NCBI GenBank assembly: GCA_016840085.1
Contig: JAEOTA010000015.1
Location: 1-44,160 of the forward strand
DNA length: 44,160 nucleotides
Direction: 5' to 3'
Origin: Promethearchaeota archaeon
GTDB lineage: Archaea > Asgardarchaeota > Lokiarchaeia > Sigyniarchaeales > SOKP01
In this document: positions 39,330-44,160 of the stretch, piece after piece
Layout: every line of letters starts with the position of its first letter
How positions within the stretch are numbered: position 1 is the stretch's first letter
Translations under genes and position numbers: made by a program
Notes under the pieces: generated by a model
Told to the model about the DNA's origin: nothing
Databases searched by the model: none
What the model saw: the letters and a program-made list of their open reading frames with translations, nothing else

Positions 39330-40472
39330 ATGGCGAGTAATGATTATACTTTTAAAATAGTACTTGTTGGAGATGCGTCAGAAGGAAAGTCATATTTTGC
39401 GAGGAGTTTTTGTTATAATCTCTTTAATAATGATACAAGATTTACTATTGGAGTAGATTTTCTCGTTAGAAGGATAAACATGTCTGGAAAAAATATTAAA
39501 TTTCAGATATGGGATATGGATGCCGAGGAAAGATTTAGATTTTTGATTCCAACATATTGTAGAGGCGCGAGTGGTGGTTTAATAGTATACGATATTAATG
39601 ACGCTAATTCTTTAGCACACATCCTTGAAAATGTTCAGATAATAAGACGAGAAGCCGGAGACATTCCAATAGTAATAATCGGAACTAAATGTGTAGAAGA
39701 TGATGAAGAACTCTCAGAAGATCAAGACATTCAAATAGATAAATCAGAAGATATACCAAAAGCTGAAAGGATTTTTAATAACTTAGCAGAAACCTTACTT
39801 GATGAAGGAGTTTCCCAAAATATAATAGTAGTATCTAAACCTTTAGTATTAAAAAGAAAACCACGAATAGAAAAATGGCCAGAATTTAGAGTGAATGAGT
39901 ATATAGTTCTTAAATTAGAAAATAATAGGACTAATATTTATGTTGGAGGGAGATTATTCAATCATTGCAAGTATTTATTATTAAATATTGACAATAATAA
40001 ATTTAAAGAGTATGATGAGATTGAATCTATAGATGAAGCAGTAGAAAAGCTTGGTGATTCAATGCATGGAATCAGATTTCAAGGCTATGAGGTAGCTCCT
40101 GAAACTGAATTTTGGGGGCATTGCTCAAATATTCAAGCGTGGTATGAGAATAAGTACGACACCCGTTTATTACACAGAAATTTAGCATTTCCATTGTTGG
40201 AAGCTCTTATGAAAGTCGGAGATCCTTTGGCAAAAAAAGTATTAAAAGAAGAAATTGCAGAGAGACTTGAGAGTGGTTATCCTTCAGTGGTTTTGTATCT
40301 GATAAATCAACATTATTTGAAATATTTAAATCAAGAAGAATTGAATACGATCTTTGAAAATCCAAAATTTCAAAAAAATTTATCAAAATGGTTTAAAGAT
40401 TCCAACCTTATTCCAGAATGGCTGTCTAGAAAAATTAAATCTAAATTACAAAAACTGAATTTATGGAAATAA
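39330..40472 (+). CDS. Rab-like GTPase domain fused to a Lokiarchaeia-expanded domain
   Basis: GDASEGKS, TIGVDF, KFQIWD and YCRGA. C-terminal FRVNEYIVLKLE...CKYLLLNI...EFWGHCSNIQAWYEN.YDTRLLHRNLAFPLL. Confidence 0.85.
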   Translation: MASNDYTFKIVLVGDASEGKSYFARSFCYNLFNNDTRFTIGVDFLVRRINMSGKNIKFQIWDMDAEERFRFLIPTYCRGASGGLIVYDINDANSLAHILENVQIIRREAGDIPIVIIGTKCVEDDEELSEDQDIQIDKSEDIPKAERIFNNLAETLLDEGVSQNIIVVSKPLVLKRKPRIEKWPEFRVNEYIVLKLENNRTNIYVGGRLFNHCKYLLLNIDNNKFKEYDEIESIDEAVEKLGDSMHGIRFQGYEVAPETEFWGHCSNIQAWYENKYDTRLLHRNLAFPLLEALMKVGDPLAKKVLKEEIAERLESGYPSVVLYLINQHYLKYLNQEELNTIFENPKFQKNLSKWFKDSNLIPEWLSRKIKSKLQKLNLWK

Positions 40473-40550
40473 GAGATTTAAAAGCAAAAGTCACCCTTTC
40501 TTTTTATTTGAAAAACCTATAGCTTTATATATCATATTAGCAAAATGGCA

Positions 40551-40613
40551 ATTATCGAGAAGATCTCATAAAAATGTGAGGTTCAATCTATAAAATAAAG
40601 AAGAGAAAAGGAG
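40551..40613 (+). repeat. Conserved leader repeat, copy 2 (hairpin + SD)
   Basis: 50/54 nt identical to 34530-34583; TTTATATA box at 40524-40531 upstream. Confidence 0.85.
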
Positions 40614-40625
40614 TGATGAAAAATT

Positions 40626-40841
40626 ACGGTAGAATATCCCGAATATATAGTTTGTCCTATGTGTCAAACTAGAATGAGCATGGATTATACTCATAAAAGG
40701 CAGCCCTATACAGATGGCATTTATAATATGTATATTAAGTGTCCTGGATATGTGGGTGCTGGAAAGACGGCGGGTACCTTTATTGAGGTAAGTATATGTG
40801 CTCATTGTAAAGGAATACTTGGTGTTAGTAGTAGTAGCTAA
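40626..40841 (+). CDS. Zn-ribbon microprotein (~71 aa) with an apparent ACG start
   Basis: (M)VEYPEYIVCPMC...CAHCKG; the first CxxC is only complete if translation starts upstream of ATG 40659. GGAGTGA SD lies 9 nt before ACG. Confidence 0.6.
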   Translation, partial: TVEYPEYIVCPMCQTRMSMDYTHKRQPYTDGIYNMYIKCPGYVGAGKTAGTFIEVSICAHCKGILGVSSSS

Positions 40842-41154
40842 AGTTGAATTAGCTAAATTTAAAAAATGGAAAGAAGAATATCTAAAATTGGAAGTTACTA
40901 ATTTCATTTTTTCTTATTGCAATTCAACTAAAGCATTTTTTTTATTATAGACACATGAGAGCTTTTTCAAAGTCAACAAATATTTTTATAGAATGCTTGA
41001 ATTGTGGGAAATTATTAAGGAGAAATAACTTTTAAATCTTTTTAACATAATAGCTATAGAATTTAACAATCTATTGGATCTATTTTTTATCAATTGTACA
41101 TTTGATGTACATTTCGAATATTATGCTAGAATGGAAGGTGTTTATAATTGAGCT

Positions 41155-41667
41155 TTAAAGATTAAAAAGTATATCTCCGGAACAGTTTTCATGAGAATTT
41201 AGTAAGCACGTATCGATTTTTGGCTCGATTGTATGGTTAATTCCCAGAGCATCCAGCCAGCAACTGACACGATATATTACACCACATTCATATTGCTTGT
41301 TAACTCCAATCCTTTTCATTCCTTCAAAGGCAAAGCATTTTGTCATTTCCCAATGCAAACGATTTTCTTCAGGAAAGGTATAATTAAAGTCCATAAAATC
41401 TCCTTTTATTACGCTAAAAGCATTAATAACAAAATCCTTTAACTGTTCAAACGTCATTAATTTTTCTTTTTCTAATCCCATTGCTTTCTTTATTCTTTGC
41501 GTTTCAATCACTGAAAGAGATTTAATAGCAGCTTTATTTAGTTTATTAGCAACATCAATACCTAATTCTCGGGCACAGTTATAAAACCATGAGCCGTCAT
41601 GAGTCATCCAACATTTAATAAGAAGTTCTTTTAATTGGTGTTTATCAAGTTGATTAAATAAGGTCAT
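41155..41667 (-). CDS. DUF6125-like / V4R-superfamily protein
   Basis: WMTHDGSWF, ELG...A..LN and conserved Cys residues (CFAF, YECG, C...H..C). Confidence 0.7.
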   Translation of the reverse strand: MTLFNQLDKHQLKELLIKCWMTHDGSWFYNCARELGIDVANKLNKAAIKSLSVIETQRIKKAMGLEKEKLMTFEQLKDFVINAFSVIKGDFMDFNYTFPEENRLHWEMTKCFAFEGMKRIGVNKQYECGVIYRVSCWLDALGINHTIEPKIDTCLLNSHENCSGDILFNL

Positions 41668-41789
41668 TTGAAAAGTTTCAGATTAATATTTAATTCCTTA
41701 TAAAAAAAAAACCATAACACTTACATCAATTTATCAGTAAATAAATATGAAAGTTAGCTTTGGGTGATAACTAAATAGTTTAATATAAA

Positions 41790-42800
41790 TCATTTTAAAA
41801 TTGAATCATTAATTCTTTGGAGAATTTCCCATTTTCCTTCTCTTCTAATTGTGGCGACTTGATGGGTTTTGATGACTCCTAAAATCTCATTAATACCACA
41901 TTTTTCAGCAGAATAAGTACATAAGACTATCATCCGATAGTTTCCTACAACGTTGTTTATTTCTTCTTCATAATCAGAAAAATCTCTCCAGTCATTTTTT
42001 TCAACCCATGCGGTATTGCCTGTTATTCTGATACCATTAAAACCTTGAGATATCGCATAATTATATTTTTGAACCCATCCATCGAGAACTCTCTGGAAGT
42101 TGAATTCTCCATCTTTAAGATACCATTCTGTATAGGGAAAGATTTCTATTTGCCCTTTTTTCAAGAATTCATTAAAATTTTTAATTTTAGTTTTTAATTT
42201 GCTTTTAGCTTCTTTCTCATTAAGATCTTCTGAAGTAACCCAGACACAAAACTCATTATTTTCTAACCCCCTTTTGATATAGGGGATTAATATATCCATG
42301 AGATCTTCTTTTTTTTGGTAAAAATAACAAATATGAGTACCCCAAGGTAAATTGTAATTTAAATCAATATTTAATTGTATCCCCTCTATTTGGTTTATTT
42401 CTTGGTAATATTTAAGTAAAATTTCTTTTATTTCAAGAAGTTTAGTAGCACTCTCCTCCGAAGAACTATAAAGATTTTTATACAAATCCTTGATATTTTT
42501 AAGTTCATCTTTAATTTTTTTTAAAGTCGATTGGAAAATTTTTGGAGATAAATATTCATTGATAATTACAACAGAAATCATAAGCTCTTCATATTCCGTT
42601 CTCTCCATTTTACTTGGTGTTGTGAATATTAAATTAGCTGTTTTAAAAGTTTCATAATCATAAATAAAAAAAGCTTTTTTTTCTAAATTTAGATACTTAG
42701 GAATATTTTTATAGTTATTAGACACATAGTCTTCTGGAACTTTCAAAACGATAATAGGCCCCTTAAAAATATTAAAATGACTAAGAATTAATAATCTCAT
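41790..42800 (-). CDS. Longin/uDENN-like N-terminal domain fused to a MEDS sensor domain
   Basis: ILSHFNIFKGPII N-terminus. PWGTHICYFY...GLENNE.CVW...GIRITG...YE...LCTY...H (MEDS). Confidence 0.75.
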   Translation of the reverse strand: MRLLILSHFNIFKGPIIVLKVPEDYVSNNYKNIPKYLNLEKKAFFIYDYETFKTANLIFTTPSKMERTEYEELMISVVIINEYLSPKIFQSTLKKIKDELKNIKDLYKNLYSSSEESATKLLEIKEILLKYYQEINQIEGIQLNIDLNYNLPWGTHICYFYQKKEDLMDILIPYIKRGLENNEFCVWVTSEDLNEKEAKSKLKTKIKNFNEFLKKGQIEIFPYTEWYLKDGEFNFQRVLDGWVQKYNYAISQGFNGIRITGNTAWVEKNDWRDFSDYEEEINNVVGNYRMIVLCTYSAEKCGINEILGVIKTHQVATIRREGKWEILQRINDSILK

Positions 42801-44041
42801 TATTTGTCTTTTTTTTACGTAATTTTGTTAATAGTTTTAGAGTCAATAAATAGATTATTTTTGTGCTATTTAATAATTATTTATAATCCCTTAGAAGAAC
42901 TTGTCTATTTAATTGAAGTTCTATAATCAATTTTAACTATTTTTTTTCATTTTTACTTGAAAATTACAACAGATTATTTGGAATACTTTGAGGTGAGGGA
43001 CTAAATTTTTGAAGTTAAAGATATAAAATAAAGCTATGAAACTCATTAATTTATTTTTTCTATAATAATTATTTTTTAATAGTTTAGAATTATTGAGCTA
43101 AGTATAGGATAGCAAGCGTTAAAAGAATTTAAAATGCGTTAAATAAGTAACATGAAGAAGGAGAAAATAAAGTGCCCTTTATGTAGTGTTGAATTCATTC
43201 CAAGTTTTTTTTTCAAATTCTTTAATTTGAAAAAAAATATGATACGAATATTCAATTAACATTAATAGATAACGAGAATAGTATTATTTTAAAACTTTAT
43301 AGCCAGATATTTATGATTTTAGTAATTTTAAAATTAAAAAAGCACAGATTTTAAAAAAACTTCAAGTCAAGAGCTCAAAACGCAGCAGCTAAAAATGAAA
43401 GTAAAAAGTGAAAATATTATGTAGATTCAAATCAAAAACTTAACTTCTTTTTTTTTAATCTATCCAGAAGCATTCCTATGATAAAATGGTATTGATAGGG
43501 TTCTAACTACAATACATATAACAAAAGCGTATACTTCGAAATAAAAGACGATATATTGTTAAATAGAAAAAATTAATTATTATAATCATTAATTTTATCG
43601 TCTAAGCACAAAATCTTTAAATTGGTAAATTTCTCTAAGCTCCTTAAATCATCAATTTTGAACAATTAAAAAAAATCAGTGGGTAGATTGCAGCATTTAT
43701 GGAGTGCTTTCTTCATCTAGAACAGGTGGATTATGTGCACTATTTAATATTTATAATGGAATCGTTATCATTAATCTCTAATTCGATATTCAGCTTATCA
43801 TAATCTGGAAATTTTAAATAATTAGTGATAAATATGACAAACCCTCATAAATTAAATTGTTCTTGATTAGATGTCCCTTACCTGTAGAGAGAGAATTGAT
43901 AGAGCTATACAGAAAGAATAAACTCCCTATTCCTCTTTAATTCTTATTCTGTTATTCAGATGTAAAATGTAAATTTAATAATAATTTTATATAATATTCT
44001 AATTTAATATAAGTTAAAACAGATTATATGAGGAAAAAAAT

Positions 44042-44160
44042 ATGCCAGTTGTCCATGTAAATATGTGGAAAGGAATTTCAGAAGAAAAAGTAAAAGAAAT
44101 AATTTCGGGAATAACTAAAGTGTTTATTGATATGGATATCCCTGCTCGAGCAGTAGAAGT
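44042..44160 (+). CDS. 4-oxalocrotonate tautomerase-family protein (partial, runs off the window)
   Basis: MPVVHVNMWKGISEEKVKEIISGITKVF.D.DIPARAVEV; catalytic Pro-1; GAGGA SD. Confidence 0.85.
   Translation, partial: MPVVHVNMWKGISEEKVKEIISGITKVFIDMDIPARAVE

Noticed and set aside
2308-41442. Short antisense or nested ORFs in the track (e.g. 2308-2598, 9460-9792, 16269-16613, 22353-22631, 40566-40907, 41233-41442)
   Set aside because: They are shadows of well-supported genes on the opposite strand and carry no motifs.
42810-44030. Intact genes in the 1.2-kb AT-rich gap
   Set aside because: Only short coding-like scraps (KCPLC at 43152-43259; RCPLPVERELIELYRKNKLPIPL* ending 43940) interrupted by stops.

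Overview
AT-rich archaeal DNA, most likely from an Asgard archaeon of the Lokiarchaeia type. This is inferred from two Rab-like GTPases, a longin/uDENN-like fusion, a Loki-expanded 'EFWGHCSNxQAW' domain, GGUGA/GGAG Shine-Dalgarno sites and BRE-TATA promoters. The window behaves like a fast-turnover accessory region. From left to right it holds: (1) a coupled four-gene operon (GT4 glycosyltransferase, radical SAM, WG-repeat/O-methyltransferase, P-loop kinase) with a three-way-junction leader; (2) a defence-like block of beta-CASP nuclease, TPR protein, HD+GHKL(HSP90-like) ATPase, an orphan Csa3-type CARF-HTH regulator and a 1708-aa SIR2-TPR protein; (3) a GH2/MFS sugar locus split by a solo TnpB with a rearranged (Fanzor-type) RuvC and a visible omega-RNA scaffold; (4) a Cwh43/PGAP2IP-like protein, a second beta-CASP nuclease, a frameshifted ABC exporter and an RNase III with two dsRBDs; (5) degenerate Rab-like GTPases mixed with Zn-ribbon microproteins. 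The strongest unannotated signal is a ~210-nt GC-enriched, multi-helix RNA-like element at 11395-11608 (minus strand). It has its own BRE/TATA box bracketed by two ATGATCAT palindromes and is divergent from the CARF-HTH gene. Also notable are two ~90%-identical remnants of an RNase HI 3' end in direct orientation 27.8 kb apart, a conserved 54-bp hairpin leader ahead of two different Zn-ribbon micro-ORFs, and several intergenic fragments of paralogs of intact genes in the window. All assignments come from reading motifs by eye; no searches were run.
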